Shown: positions 1 through 14,191, counted from the stretch's first letter. The stretch is 64,000 bases of DNA from Alphaproteobacteria bacterium (GCA_038131935.1 JAYPQH010000033.1:1-64000), one strand, 5' to 3'. Program-made: numbers and translations. The notes: generated by a model not told the origin, from the letters alone.

Positions 1-49
1 ATTGTTGCTTGTTCATATTCGTAAATATGAACACCAACAGACAGCTTAA
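1..49 (+). CDS. mnmG: 3' end of tRNA uridine-5-carboxymethylaminomethyl modification enzyme MnmG/GidA (partial)
   Basis: Frame from nt 2 reads LLLVHIRKYEHQQTA* (TAA 47-49), resembling a GidA C-terminus. It lies directly upstream of rsmG-parA-parB, the conserved gene order. Confidence 0.55.
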   Translation, partial: LLLVHIRKYEHQQTA

Positions 50-707
50 GCAGACATTGGAATATATCATTCCTCGGACTGAGAATGAGGCTAAGGAATT
101 TATCGAGCATCATGTTTCACGTGAAACATGGTTATTGTTGGAATGTTATGTCCAAGAAATTATTCAATGGCAGCGTTCTATCAATTTGTTTGGACCAAGA
201 GAAAGAGAACGATTATGGGTCAGGCACGTATATGACGGCTATCAACTTAGACAATTTGTTCATCAGCCATCAAAAATTTTAGATGTGGGATCAGGAGGGG
301 GAATTCCAGGGATAATTTTGGCTATCTTATATCCACATCAAAAAACAATATTGGTAGAAAGAGATCAGAGGAAATGCAGTTTTTTGCGTTCAGTTAAACG
401 AAAACTTGGGCTAACAGAATTAGAAATCATCCAAGATGATATATGGCAAATATCAGCCCAAAAAGCTGATATCGTGACTGCGCGCGCCTATGCACAACTT
501 GAAACATTATGTCATTGTTTGATGAAGCATGGATCAGAAAATGCTGTTGGATTGTTTCCCAAAGGTGAAAACTGGGTTGAAGAATGGCCAGAAGGTCTTC
601 AACAAACAGAAGAACTGATTCATACTTATAATAGCAAAACACATGATGAATCTGTCATTATATGTATATCACGTCGCGGTTTAGTGGCTCAGGAGTATGG
701 AACGTGA
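27..707 (+). CDS. rsmG: 16S rRNA m7G527 methyltransferase RsmG/GidB (start uncertain: ATG 27 or TTG 57)
   Basis: RH..D, LDVGSGGGIPG SAM-binding motif, VTARA and FPKG motifs; stop overlaps the parA GTG. Confidence 0.93.
   Translation: MNTNRQLKQTLEYIIPRTENEAKEFIEHHVSRETWLLLECYVQEIIQWQRSINLFGPRERERLWVRHVYDGYQLRQFVHQPSKILDVGSGGGIPGIILAILYPHQKTILVERDQRKCSFLRSVKRKLGLTELEIIQDDIWQISAQKADIVTARAYAQLETLCHCLMKHGSENAVGLFPKGENWVEEWPEGLQQTEELIHTYNSKTHDESVIICISRRGLVAQEYGT
113..128. promoter_or_regulatory. parS: parS centromere site (perfect consensus) inside rsmG
   Basis: TGTTTCACGTGAAACA; extends to a perfect 20-bp palindrome CATGTTTCACGTGAAACATG (111-130) just upstream of parAB. Confidence 0.92.
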
Positions 708-1486
708 CCCAAATTGTTGCTGTTACAAACCAAAAAGGTGGCGTTGGCAAAACCACAACCACAATTAATTTAGCAACAGCACTTGCCGTTATTGGTCTGA
801 GGGTATTGGTACTAGACATTGACCCTCAAGGAAACGCATCCACTGGGTTAGGAATAGAAGAGTCCAACAGATTTCCAGGCGCGCGCGAATTTTTTGTCGG
901 TGAAGCTACTTGGCAGGAATCAATACGAGCTACCGAAATTGACAACCTCTCGATTATTCCTGGAAATCAAGATCTTGCAGGACTTGAGGTAGAATTGATC
1001 GATCTCGAACAAAGAGCCATGATTTTGAAAAAATCCATTTTGGCGAAACAAGATCTCTTCGATATCATTTTTATTGACTGCCCCCCATCACTAAGTTTGT
1101 TAACTGTGAATGCTTTGGTTGCCGCGCAGCATGTCTTGATACCTTTGCAAACGGAATTCTTTGCCCTTGAAGGACTGTCACAACTTATGCGCTCCATAAA
1201 ACAAATTGCGAATGGCCCTAACCCTCAATTGGATATTCTGGGTGTTGTTCTTACTATGTACGACAAAAGGAACAATTTATCCGCTCAAGTTGCAGAAGAT
1301 GTTCGCCAGGTTCTTGGAGAAAAAGTCTTCCAAACGGTGATACCAAGAAATGTCAGGATATCAGAGGCACCTTCATATGGAATACCCGTCATCGTTTATG
1401 ATCCCAATTGCGCTGGATCAGAAGCTTATATCGCACTTGCATCGGAAATTTTGGAGACATCTGAGAAGTTGAGGATACAGATATGA
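704..1486 (+). CDS. parA: Chromosome partitioning ATPase ParA/Soj
   Basis: NQKGGVGKTTT deviant Walker A, DIDPQGNAS, DCPP and IPRNVRISEAPS; GTG start at 704 overlaps the rsmG stop. Confidence 0.96.
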   Translation: MTQIVAVTNQKGGVGKTTTTINLATALAVIGLRVLVLDIDPQGNASTGLGIEESNRFPGAREFFVGEATWQESIRATEIDNLSIIPGNQDLAGLEVELIDLEQRAMILKKSILAKQDLFDIIFIDCPPSLSLLTVNALVAAQHVLIPLQTEFFALEGLSQLMRSIKQIANGPNPQLDILGVVLTMYDKRNNLSAQVAEDVRQVLGEKVFQTVIPRNVRISEAPSYGIPVIVYDPNCAGSEAYIALASEILETSEKLRIQI

Positions 1487-2388
1487 CCAACAAAAAAAGA
1501 GGATTGGGTCGTGGTTTGTCAGCACTTTTGGGCGAAGGTGGGTTGGATAGCGTACCGACAACTGGAAAAAGTCCTGTTTCATCAGATTTAAAACCACAAT
1601 TTTTGCCTGTTGAACAATTATATCCAAATAGAAATCAACCACGCAAAAGGTTTGATGAGAATGAGCTTGACGAGTTGGCGAGATCTATAGAAACACAAGG
1701 TATACTTCAACCCCTTTTGGTACGGCCAAGAAAAGATAACGAAGGATATGAAATTATTGCTGGTGAACGGCGTTGGCGAGCAGCACAACGCGCCAGAATT
1801 CATGAGGTACCCGTATTCATTCGCAACATGGATGAACGTGCTGTTGTCGAAGCAATGCTTATTGAAAACCTACAACGTAAAGACTTAAATCCAATCGAGG
1901 AGGCATATGGTTTTCAAGACATGATGAATAGGTTTTCATATGGTCAGGATGATCTTGCCTCAGTTATTGGAAAAAGTAGGTCGCATATATCCAACATGAT
2001 GCGGTTGTTGAAGTTACCAGAAGATGTTCAAGATTTATTGCGTTCAGGAAAAATTACGTCTGGACAAGCTCGTCCCCTAATTGGTCACGAACAAGCATCT
2101 ACTCTAGCACAGATCATTGTGGAACAAGGTTTGTCAGCTCGTGACATAGAGCGACGTGTCAAACAACCAGCATCAGTTAAAAAAACAAAAAATAGACAGG
2201 CGAAATCACAAAAAAATAGTGATACGCTAGCATTAGAAGCTGATTTGTCAGCTACTTTGAATTTACCTGTGAGTATAGAGCATGGTTCAGAGGGTAATGG
2301 ATCTATTACCATTAGCTATGCAAATCTTGATATTTTGGAACAACTATGTGGCTTATTGAGTGAGGTTGGTATCAAGCGCCAGGGGTAA
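1483..2388 (+). CDS. parB: Chromosome partitioning protein ParB/Spo0J
   Basis: GLGRGLSAL N-terminus, QPR, GILQP, IAGERRWRA (CTP-binding) and ENLQRKDLNPIEEA motifs, plus HTH. Confidence 0.97.
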   Translation: MTNKKRGLGRGLSALLGEGGLDSVPTTGKSPVSSDLKPQFLPVEQLYPNRNQPRKRFDENELDELARSIETQGILQPLLVRPRKDNEGYEIIAGERRWRAAQRARIHEVPVFIRNMDERAVVEAMLIENLQRKDLNPIEEAYGFQDMMNRFSYGQDDLASVIGKSRSHISNMMRLLKLPEDVQDLLRSGKITSGQARPLIGHEQASTLAQIIVEQGLSARDIERRVKQPASVKKTKNRQAKSQKNSDTLALEADLSATLNLPVSIEHGSEGNGSITISYANLDILEQLCGLLSEVGIKRQG

Positions 2389-3375
2389 AACGAAGAAGGA
2401 TACGTTCTAAGCGGCTCCACGAAACTTTATCATCGCGACGATGAAGCTCCTCATGAAGATATAATGTTTTGAGTAAATCTCGTCCACGTTGGCCACCAAA
2501 TATATTACTAGCCTTTAAAAAAAATGTTTCACGTGAAAAATGAATTCGTGGTTTCATTTGGGCAAAAAGAGATTTTCCTTTTAGACCTTTTGTCGATAAA
2601 AATTGAATCTTTTGTGAAATCTCCAAATCCCGCTCCAGATGGTACAAAATAGCTGGTATGGTTAGATTTTGATTTTGGGCAAGATGCATTTGTTGTATCA
2701 GTTTCCGCCTTCCCAAAGTCATGGATTCGAGAATAAAATTGCTAGCAATTGATTGCCTTTGACCTAGAGCTGCAGCGATCATGTCTGGTGTGATTTCTTG
2801 CGGTTCAGGACCTAAATAAAGGTCTAAACTATTCAATGCCGAAACAGTAAGAAGATGATCCTCCCCGAGTAATTCTGCTAAATTGTCTTCGCAACCTTGA
2901 GCAAATTTATGACCTTTTGCTTCAATGCGCTTGTAATATGTTGAAGGCTTTGTCGGGCTGTTTCTTGATAGCATCCTATTACAAAATATTGAGGTTCTGA
3001 TAAGGCTAATTTGATGCTCTTATCTGTTTTTGTTTTTCCCGGTGCTTCTATGATGACAGGATAGTGACCCGGTGAGAGGGTAAGAAGGTTTGAAATAGAG
3101 CTATGAAGCGCTTTATCCATATTGACCAAATGATACACCTGTTGTTCAGCAAACATGGACAAACTGGTCACACCATCGATCAGTAGCTCTATATTTTGAA
3201 CCAATTCATCATTATGAAGTCTTACAATTTCCTGTTCATTGCCAAGCTGTGAAGCAAGTTTTTTTGCTCGTTGTGATATCAAACCATGATCAGGCCCAAA
3301 AAAAATAGCAACGGAAAGGTTTTTGGGTGGATGCAAGAGAAAGTCGTTGACTTGACGCGATGTTATCTCAACCAT
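2372..3375 (-). CDS. holA: DNA polymerase III delta subunit (split by a 1-nt indel near 2932)
   Basis: FFGPDHGL N-terminus, SMF, GCY and a C-terminal PRIHF-type motif; conserved leuS-lptE-holA order; ORFs 2878-3375 and 2372-2974 overlap in different frames. Confidence 0.8.
2525..2540. promoter_or_regulatory. parS: parS site (1 mismatch) inside holA
   Basis: TGTTTCACGTGAAAAA, 15/16 match to TGTTTCACGTGAAACA, about 140 bp beyond the parB stop. Confidence 0.8.
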
Positions 3376-3868
3376 GTAGCCTCAGCTTTTTTGAACAGCA
3401 ACGTATAAAAAAATGCGCTCCAATGATGATTGGATGAGTCGTTTTCTGATGACATTTTCTGTTTCACGATTTGAAAGTGCCGATGATGTGGTTATGTAAG
3501 TCCCAGATTCATGAACACTTCCTTCACGTAGCATCACGCCATTTTCCTCCTTAATTTCGTAATGTAGTGTTAATGATAAATCCTTATTTACATAGAAACC
3601 TTTTAAATCTTTATTCGTGTTAACAACACGGTAGTGACTATTCAGCAGCAAACGTAATCCGTTTTTATTTATTTTATCGCCATAAAAGTTTTGACGTTGT
3701 ATATTTTGTATGGCTTCATTGATTTCTTGGTTGAGACTTCCTTTCACCTCAACATGTATGGGAGGTAAAGCTTTACTCATCTGGTTATCCAAATCCCAAT
3801 AAATGGGTCTAAATGTGCAGCCAGCCAAAGCTAAAATAAAAGTCCACGTCAAAATCTTATCAAGCCAA

Positions 3869-6363
<2,495 letters not shown>

Positions 6364-6903
6364 TTTAGCACTTTCTTTCAATTTCCACCCTACATTGCGA
6401 CGCAATTCCCGCGCCCCGATGAGTATTGCATCTTTCAATTTCGCCGAGACGACATTGGAACCTGGAAAACTCTTCTGATTACCCGTTTTGTTTCGACGGA
6501 CAGTATCTACCCTTACCCCTGTTGAGGTAAGTGCAGCGCCTGAAATGGTGATGGTCATTTGGGTTTCAAAAGAGCTCTCATCATCGCCAAACCACTCAGA
6601 GACAATAACACCAGATTCTGGTGAAATATCTCTAATACCAGCAGCAGCAGCGACACGCACAGCTGACTGCCATAAGTAAAGATTGAAGGGGAAGCGTTCA
6701 GCAGATACTTCCCGCTTGGGGTCCGTGCTAAAACTAAATAGAGAATTGCTTCCAAAGTTGGGGTTATCCAATTTTGAAGACCCATCAAGATTTTTTGCCT
6801 TGATATCTGTAACAGGCTCTATCTTTAGTTCATCGATTGCACCACATCCGCCAACAATGAGCAACAAACACAACGGAATAAAAGGAATTTTGCAATATTT
6901 CAT
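6364..6903 (-). CDS. DUF3576-like lipoprotein (3' end ambiguous; as sequenced it runs into the leuS N-terminal frame)
   Basis: Lipobox VGGC, N.YLWQSA, SGVIVSEWF and IL..AR.LR; usual position upstream of leuS in alphaproteobacteria. Confidence 0.7.
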
Positions 6904-7079
6904 GGGGAAAGTGCCTCTTCAAGATGACCAACGCAAAATACTCGTATTCTGGAAACCATAAGTTGTGGTAGAAAAGCAACGCCTCTCGTAAATTAATCTG
7001 GTTCGTTCAAAACACTGGTGATCTATGCCCGATTTTATGGATAGTTCACAACACGCAAACTACTCAACAGGAGGTTTAT

Positions 7080-8064
7080 ATGCGCGGACTTCTATTTTCA
7101 ACAATCATTGCAACTGGCGCAATCGCTGGTTCAGCTCTTGCTCTTGACGTGGAAACAAACGGCTACGCTCGTTTCGCTCTTCAGGGCAACAACATTGACG
7201 GTAACGAAGGTACTGGTTTTGCAAAAGACTGGGAATTCGAATTCAAAGGTAAAGAAACACTCGACAACGGCATGACCGTATTCGTTGACCTTGAAGTCGA
7301 TGCAAATGGCGGCGCTGACGAAATCCGTACAGACGACGTAACATTCGGCGTTTCTGGTGGATTTGGTACCGTAACAGTTGGTATCTTCAACCTTGGCAAA
7401 GTAAAAGCTGGTCAAGGCCTCGTGCCAACCGCTGCTGGCTCTGCTTATGGTTTCGGTGGTCTAGAAGCTGGCGACAACCAGCGTAACTGGGACAATGGTA
7501 AGACATCACTTCATCATTATTCTGACCGCCCATCAATTGCTTACACAGCTCCAAAAATCAGTGGTTCACCGTTGGTGCTATTTACAGCACAGATGATGGT
7601 GACGGGACAGTCAAACCGGTGTTACAGTAGAAAACGATCGTATCAACACCGTTTCTGTTGGTGCTCAGTACGGTCTTTCTGCAGGCGACGCTAAGGTAAC
7701 TGTTGGTACCGCATACACCAACATGGAAGATCAAAATCCAGCTGGTAACGATGATTCTAGCTTGATTATTGGTGCAACTGTTGGCATGGGTGCTTTCACA
7801 ATCAAAGCTGCTTACAAGAATGGTGAGCATGTTGCAGATTATGACCTCGCTCAGGTAAATGCTATGTACAAGACAGGTCCATGGACTGTGTCTGCAGCAT
7901 TCGCACAGGGTGACAACGAAGGCCAAGATTATCAGGGTTATGACCTTGGTGCATCTTACTCACTCGGTGGTGGTGCTAAGTTGATGGCTGGTTACACAAC
8001 AGACGAACTAGGCAACAACGACAGCGAAGCACTTTATGGTGTAGGTCTTCAGGTTGGTTTCTGA
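7080..8064 (+). CDS. Outer-membrane porin (two 1-nt deletions near 7566 and 7615)
   Basis: GGAGG RBS, signal peptide, F.G..TLDNGMT motif, alternating beta-strand pattern, C-terminal Phe and strongly biased codons. Adding single bases joins ORFs 7080-7694 and 7723-8064. Confidence 0.85.
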
Positions 8065-8087
8065 TCTGAAACAATCCTAAGGTTTAG

Positions 8088-8117
8088 AAAAGGGAGCCAC
8101 CATGGCTCCCTTTTTTT
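8088..8117 (+). terminator. Rho-independent terminator after the porin gene
   Basis: AAAAGGGAGCCA-CCA-TGGCTCCC-TTTTTTT stem-loop with U-tract. Confidence 0.9.
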
Positions 8118-8146
8118 ATCAAATCAGTTATGTTTAACAAAACAAC

Positions 8147-10467
8147 TTGACGGGTTTGAAGGAGAAATTCGTGATTATACGCGTATTCAGCTTTGGTTTT
8201 GTCGCCATTGTCTCGCTGTTATTTGTTGCTGTTTTTGTGCATGCTCAGCAATCACATCTCAACCTCTTCAATATGTTAGATAGCCAAGTTTATAGCGTAT
8301 TTTCTCATCCCTTTGTGCGATCATTTTATTTCTTCGTTGGATTGAGTGGAACATTATTTTTGATTCCTCTCATGATCATTGCCTCCAGGTTGGTATTGAA
8401 AGGTTATGTGCAACGACTATCAATAAAACTGGTTGCTTGGATTGTTGTAACATCATGTGTGTTGAGCTTAACATTTTCAGTCTCGAATCTGTTGGGCTTT
8501 AAAGGTTATGATGCAGCAGGTTTATTTGGCGCAGTTTTAAGTCGTGAATTGTCGCTTGTCGTTGAGAATGAAATTGCGTTTTGGGGAATTCAATTTGGTT
8601 GGCTGATGTCGGCGTTGTTTCTCAATATTTGGGCAAATCCGCGTTTGATAGGTGATGCGTTAGGATTTGTGACATATATTGAACAAAAATCTCAGACCTT
8701 TTGGCATCACCAATCCAAAGTTATGACGACGCTGATAAAGGCTACCATATGGCTTTACAATAAAATATTTAAAAAATTAGAGCGTCATCGAGAGGGCTCT
8801 GTATTTGTGTCCCCATCTATTACGTCGCCAAAAATTAAGAAAACAAAAGTCACCGAGGAAAAAGGACAGTCTACTGTACGCGTAGAGCCCTCGGTTGAAA
8901 GACCGAAGGCGTCAGCAGAAAAAAAGCAGACGTCATTGGATCTTGGTAATGCTCCAGGAAATTTACCTACAACATCACTACTGACCCCTTTTGATGAGCA
9001 AAAGGATGATTTACAAATACCTGATGAAAATCTTCAACGAAATGCTGAATTGCTTGATGGAGTGCTTCAAGATTTTGGTGTTAAAGGTGAAGTAATTTCC
9101 GTAAAACCTGGACCCGTTGTTACACTTTATGAATTTGAACCAGCTCCTGGTATTCGTTCCCAAAGGATTATTGGACTTGCGGATGACATAGCACGGTCCA
9201 TGGGTGCGCTTGCTGCACGTGTTGCTGTGATACCAGGCCGAAATGCCATTGGTATAGAATTGCCTAATGCCCATAGAAAAACTGTATATATGAGAGAGTT
9301 GTTAGAATCTCGTGAATACAAGTCTAAGGGTGTATTAAACATTGTTATGGGAAAAACAATTGGTGGTGATCCAGTTGCTGCGGATTTAACCAAAATGCCT
9401 CATCTCTTGATTGCTGGCACCACTGGGTCAGGAAATCTGTTGCAATAAACGTGATGATTTTATCCCTGTTATATCGCCTAAAACCAGAAGAATGCCGGTT
9501 GAGTATGGGTGATCCCAAAATGTTAGAATTGTCGGTATATGATGGAATTCCTCATCTCTTGGCACCAGTGGTCACAGATCCCAAAAAGGCCGTTATGGCT
9601 TTACGCTGGGTCGTTCAGGAAATGGAAGAACGTTATAAGAAAATGTCCAAAGTACAAGTGCGCAATATTGGTGGATATAATGAGCGCATGAAAGAAGCTG
9701 AGCAAAAAGGAGAAGTGCTCACCAGAACAATACAGACAGGTTTTAACCCAGACAATGGAGAACCAGTCTATGAGGAGGAGCAACTGGGATATGAACGCCT
9801 TCCTTACATCGTTATCATTATTGATGAAATGGCGGATCTGATGATGGTTGCAGGTAAGGAAGTTGAGGCAGCGGTTCAGAGATTGGCACAAATGGCACGT
9901 GCAGCAGGAATTCACATCATTATGGCCACCCAAAGGCCTTCAGTTGATGTCATTACCGGTACAATTAAAGCTAATTTTCCCACTCGAGTAAGTTTTCAAG
10001 TAACAACAAGGATTGATAGCCGTACGATCCTCGATGAAGTGGGAGCCGAACAATTGTTGGGTAGAGGTGATATGCTTTTCCGTGAGAGCGGTGGGCGGGT
10101 GAGACGTCTTCATGGACCATTTGTATCTGACGAAGAAGTTGCCGATGTTGTTAATTTTTTGAAACAAGGTGCAGAGCCGGACTATTCACTTGCAATCACA
10201 GAACCGAGAGACGATGCTGATCAAGGTTCATCATCCATCTTTGGGTCAAATGTTGATAGTGATGACGAAGAAACAAACTTATTTAACAGGGCAGTTGATA
10301 TCGTAGCTCGAGATAGAAAGGCGTCGACGTCATATATTCAACGAAAACTTTCCATAGGTTATAATAGAGCTGCGCGTATTATTGAACAAATGGAAGATGA
10401 GGGTATTGTAGGTCCCGCAAACCATGTTGGGAAACGTGAAATTCTGGTACGAGACCCAGAAGAATAA
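8147..10467 (+). CDS. ftsK: DNA translocase FtsK (1-nt indel in the Walker A codons near 9433)
   Basis: N-terminal TM segment, [12 protein letters not shown](KS), [23 protein letters not shown] and gamma domain [14 protein letters not shown]. Confidence 0.95.
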
Positions 10468-10519
10468 AACTTGCTTCTTTGACCATAAAATTATGGATGT
10501 TGTTATTATTGGAGGACCT

Positions 10520-11101
10520 ATGTGGTTAACGCGCCTACTTGTTTGTGCATGGATGACTTTTGGGTCAACTTTTGGTCATGCTGGAGTGTTCGAGGATGTG
10601 GAGGCTTATCTCGAGGGTTTGAAAAGTGCAGAGGCTCGATTTGTTCAAGTCGATCCTTACGGTCGTGTCACGGGAGGCATCTTAATACTCGATCGACCAG
10701 GGAATATCTTGTTTGAATTTGAGGATCCTTCTCCATTAAAAATTGCAGCCGACGGTGTATTTGTGGTTGTTTATGATAAAATTTCTAAAGAACTTCAAAG
10801 GTTTCCTCTTTCAGCCACGCCTCTAAATTTATTGTTACAAGATGATGTTGACTTGCGTGGATCTGGTGCGGTCAAGCTTATCGAGCAAAGTAAAGATTTT
10901 GTTAGGCTTCATTTGGAAGATCCTGAGGGTAAAGTTCCTGGGTCATTGATGTTGATTTTTGAGAAGAACCCAATGGCTCTAAAAAGATGGATCACAACTG
11001 ATGCACAAGGACAAAAAACCACTGTCATACTGGAGAATATGAAGCAGGGTGGAAATTATCCCAGACGTTTGTTTGTCATCACTGATGAAATAGGCAATTA
11101 G
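10520..11101 (+). CDS. lolA: Outer-membrane lipoprotein carrier LolA
   Basis: GGAGG RBS, signal peptide, ARFVQ, RPG..FEF, ADG and TPL motifs; follows ftsK. Confidence 0.85.
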   Translation: MWLTRLLVCAWMTFGSTFGHAGVFEDVEAYLEGLKSAEARFVQVDPYGRVTGGILILDRPGNILFEFEDPSPLKIAADGVFVVVYDKISKELQRFPLSATPLNLLLQDDVDLRGSGAVKLIEQSKDFVRLHLEDPEGKVPGSLMLIFEKNPMALKRWITTDAQGQKTTVILENMKQGGNYPRRLFVITDEIGN

Positions 11102-11103
11102 AA

Positions 11104-12473
11104 ATGTCACAATTTTTATCTTCCCATCAAATAAAGTTATTTGATGATTGGTTAGAACGCCACCAAATATCCGAAGTTGAGTGTATTGTGCCTGATTGCA
11201 ATGGTGTTGCACGGGGTAAAATTTTGCCGTCAAAAAGATTTAGCCATTCTCTTCGTGAAGATGCGTTACGTGTGCCGGAAAGTATCTTCTTGCAAACAGT
11301 TAATGGCGATATGATTGATTCTGAAGTTATTTCTGAATTGGAACCAGATATAATTTTGGTTCCTGATTTTGACACGATTAGGCTGGTACCTTGGTATAAA
11401 GAACCAACAGCCCAAATTATATGTGATGCGTTTCATAAAAATGGCCAGGCTGTCGCCTTTTCACCAAGAAATGTGCTGCGAAAAGTTGTATCATTATATG
11501 TAGATCGAGGATGGTGTCCTGTGGCCGCACCAGAGATTGAATTCTATCTGGTTAGACCAAATGTTGATCCTGACTATCCTTTACAGCCTCCTATTGGCCG
11601 TTCAGGACGCGCAGAGACATCTCGCCAACCATTTGGCATTGATGCGGTCAATGAATTGGATCCGATTTTTGAGGATGTTTATGATTATTGTGAAGTCCAA
11701 CATATTGATGTTGATACGTTAACCCATGAAGCAGGTGCTGCACAGGTGGAGATAAACTTCAACCATGGTGACCCTTTAGCCCTTGCGGATCAAGCGTTCA
11801 TGTTTAAACGAACCGTAAGGCAGGCAGCTTTGAGGCATGATGTTTATGCAACCTTTATGGCGCGACCCTATGATCATGAACCAGGATCATCTATGCATAT
11901 ACATGTCTCTGTTAAAGATGATGAAACCGGTGATAATATTTTTCTGACAGCAAAAAACCGTGAGACAGCCTTATTTAAAGGATTTATTGGAGGTATGCAG
12001 CGTTACATGGCTCCAGTGATGCCACTTTTTGCTCCGAATGTGAATTCGTATAAGCGTTTGGTGAAAGATTTGGCGGCTCCTGTGAATTCTCATTGGGGTC
12101 GAGAAAATCGAACCGTTGGTATACGCGTTCCTGATGCCCAACGAGAAAATTACCGCATTGAAAACCGTATGCCAGGTGCTGATGCTAATCCTTATTTGGC
12201 TATGGCTGGAACGTTAGCTTGTGGCTATTTGGGCATGGTTAAAAAACTAAAACCTGCGCCTGAAATGACCAAGGTTGCTTATGGTTCAGCGCGACAAAGT
12301 TTGCCACGACATATTTTGATGCCCTGGGTAAATTAAGGCAGTCAACACCCCTCAAAGAAGTTTTAGGCCACGATTTCATTACCCTTTATCTTGAGGTAAA
12401 GCGTGCGGAACATACAGCCTATCAGCAGGTAATCAGTGCCTGGGAGCGTGAACATCTTCTTCTAAACATTTAA
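11104..12473 (+). CDS. Glutamine synthetase family protein (PuuA/gamma-glutamyl-amine ligase type; indel near 12318)
   Basis: ARGK, APEIEFY, HEAGAAQVEIN, SMHIH and RIENRMPGADANPYLA motifs. The shifted frame continues ...EVKRAEHTAYQQVISAWEREHLLLNI*. Confidence 0.88.
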
Positions 12474-14042
12474 TCAATGTTTGAAATGTCTACTTGGAGC
12501 AGCATAGATGGTCACACCTAACTCTTCTGCCCTGGCAAACACTTCCTGATCGCGCATGGAGCCAACGGGCTGCACCACGGTTTTGACACCAGCCTCAGCA
12601 AGACGTTCAATATTGTCAGGAAATGGAAAAAATGCGTCAGACGCCAAACAGGCACCTTGTGCGAAAGATGTCTCGTGATTTGCCAACTCAGATGCTTTTT
12701 GTGCACGTCGAATAGCCAAGTCAACCGCATCCACACGATTGGTTTGTCCGCCACCAATTCCAACAGTGGCGCGATCCCTTACCAGGACAATACCATTTGA
12801 TGTAACATGTTTGACAACTCGGAACGCAAAAGCAAGGTCGGTGAGATCTTGTTGAGCAGCTTCATTTGACGTCTTGCATGTCAGATCTCTTTCTGTGATG
12901 CGTATCGTGTCAGCCGACTGTACCAAAAAACCGCCCGAAACGGTTTTAAATTGCATGGTAACTTTCTGATCAGATGGTGGCATCACGAGCAAGCGTAGAT
13001 TTTTTTTCTGCTGAAGAATGGATAATGCATTTTCGTCAAAGCCATCAGCCATAACAATTTCAGCAAAAAGCTCACCAATCGCCTCAGCCGTAGGCCCATC
13101 GACTTGACCACTCAGCGCAATAATGCCGCCAAAGGCGGACACAGGGTCAGAGCGCAGTGCCATGGAAAATGCCTCTAAAGGGTTCTCTCCAAGTGCGGCC
13201 CCACAAGGCTGTGCATGTTTGATGATGGCACAAGCAAAAGGGGCCATATCACGAATATCTTCCAAAAGTGCCCATGCACCGTCTGCATCATTGATGTTGT
13301 TGTAGGATAATTCTTTACCATGAAGCTGTTTTGCATGAGCAAGACCAGAATGTGACAATGGGTTCCGGTAGAATGCTGCTTCTTGATGTGGGTTTTCACC
13401 ATAACGTAGGGTTTGAACCAACTCGCCAGATATATTCACGGTTTCACCATGGACATCTTGAAGTTCTTTAGCAAACCATTGGGCAACCATACTGTCATAA
13501 GCTGAGGTATGGGCAAATGCTTTTCGTGCCAATTTCGTTCTGAGAGCTTGATTTATATTCCCTTGCGATTGATCAAAGGCTTCAAGAAGGTTGTTGTAGT
13601 CATTGGGGTCAACCACAATAGCAACATGGTGATGATTTTTGGCTGCAGCCCTAACCATAGCTGGCCCACCGATATCTATATTTTCTATGATTGTGTCTCT
13701 GTCTGCTTGGTTTAACAATGTTTGAGCAAATGGATAAAGGTTGACAACAACCAAGCCAAACGCCTCAATTCCTTCCGCGCTCATATCGGCATCATCTTCT
13801 GCCAATCCTGGTCTTCCAAGAATACCTCCATGAATTTTGGGATGTAAGGTCTTAACCCGGCCACCAAGAATTTCTGGGGCACCTGTCACATCAGCTACTT
13901 TTGTAACGGCTATACCATGACTCGAAAGCGTTTTTGCAGTTCCACCACTTGAAACAATTGAAAAACCGCGCTTAATGAGCTGCTCAGCAAACGGAATGAT
14001 ACCTTCCTTATTGCTTACCGATATCAAGGCTCTTTTGTACAT
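12474..14042 (-). CDS. purH: Bifunctional AICAR transformylase/IMP cyclohydrolase
   Basis: RALISVS, GRVKTLHPKIHGGIL, IDIGGPAM, LRYGENPHQ and ASDAFFPF motifs; ends RHFKH. Confidence 0.97.
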   Translation of the reverse strand: MYKRALISVSNKEGIIPFAEQLIKRGFSIVSSGGTAKTLSSHGIAVTKVADVTGAPEILGGRVKTLHPKIHGGILGRPGLAEDDADMSAEGIEAFGLVVVNLYPFAQTLLNQADRDTIIENIDIGGPAMVRAAAKNHHHVAIVVDPNDYNNLLEAFDQSQGNINQALRTKLARKAFAHTSAYDSMVAQWFAKELQDVHGETVNISGELVQTLRYGENPHQEAAFYRNPLSHSGLAHAKQLHGKELSYNNINDADGAWALLEDIRDMAPFACAIIKHAQPCGAALGENPLEAFSMALRSDPVSAFGGIIALSGQVDGPTAEAIGELFAEIVMADGFDENALSILQQKKNLRLLVMPPSDQKVTMQFKTVSGGFLVQSADTIRITERDLTCKTSNEAAQQDLTDLAFAFRVVKHVTSNGIVLVRDRATVGIGGGQTNRVDAVDLAIRRAQKASELANHETSFAQGACLASDAFFPFPDNIERLAEAGVKTVVQPVGSMRDQEVFARAEELGVTIYAAPSRHFKH

Positions 14043-14191
14043 GAAGACACTCCATATGCAGGATCTGAAACATGTCTTTGCCTTATACAAGCTGCTTAAC
14101 ACAAGACCTACGGAACATGACGACTTGAGCTCTTGACCTCTTATAGCTTCAGATAACAGATAGGTTGGTATTCACGAGAAAGGTTTGTCCG

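Noticed and set aside
3460-3475. Possible third parS (TGTTTCACGATTTGAA) in lptE
   Set aside because: Only the left half matches; the right arm is not palindromic.
14043-14191. TPP riboswitch upstream of thiD
   Set aside because: The conserved GCTGAGA and CCTGA...GGGA elements are not present in the short purH/thiD gap.
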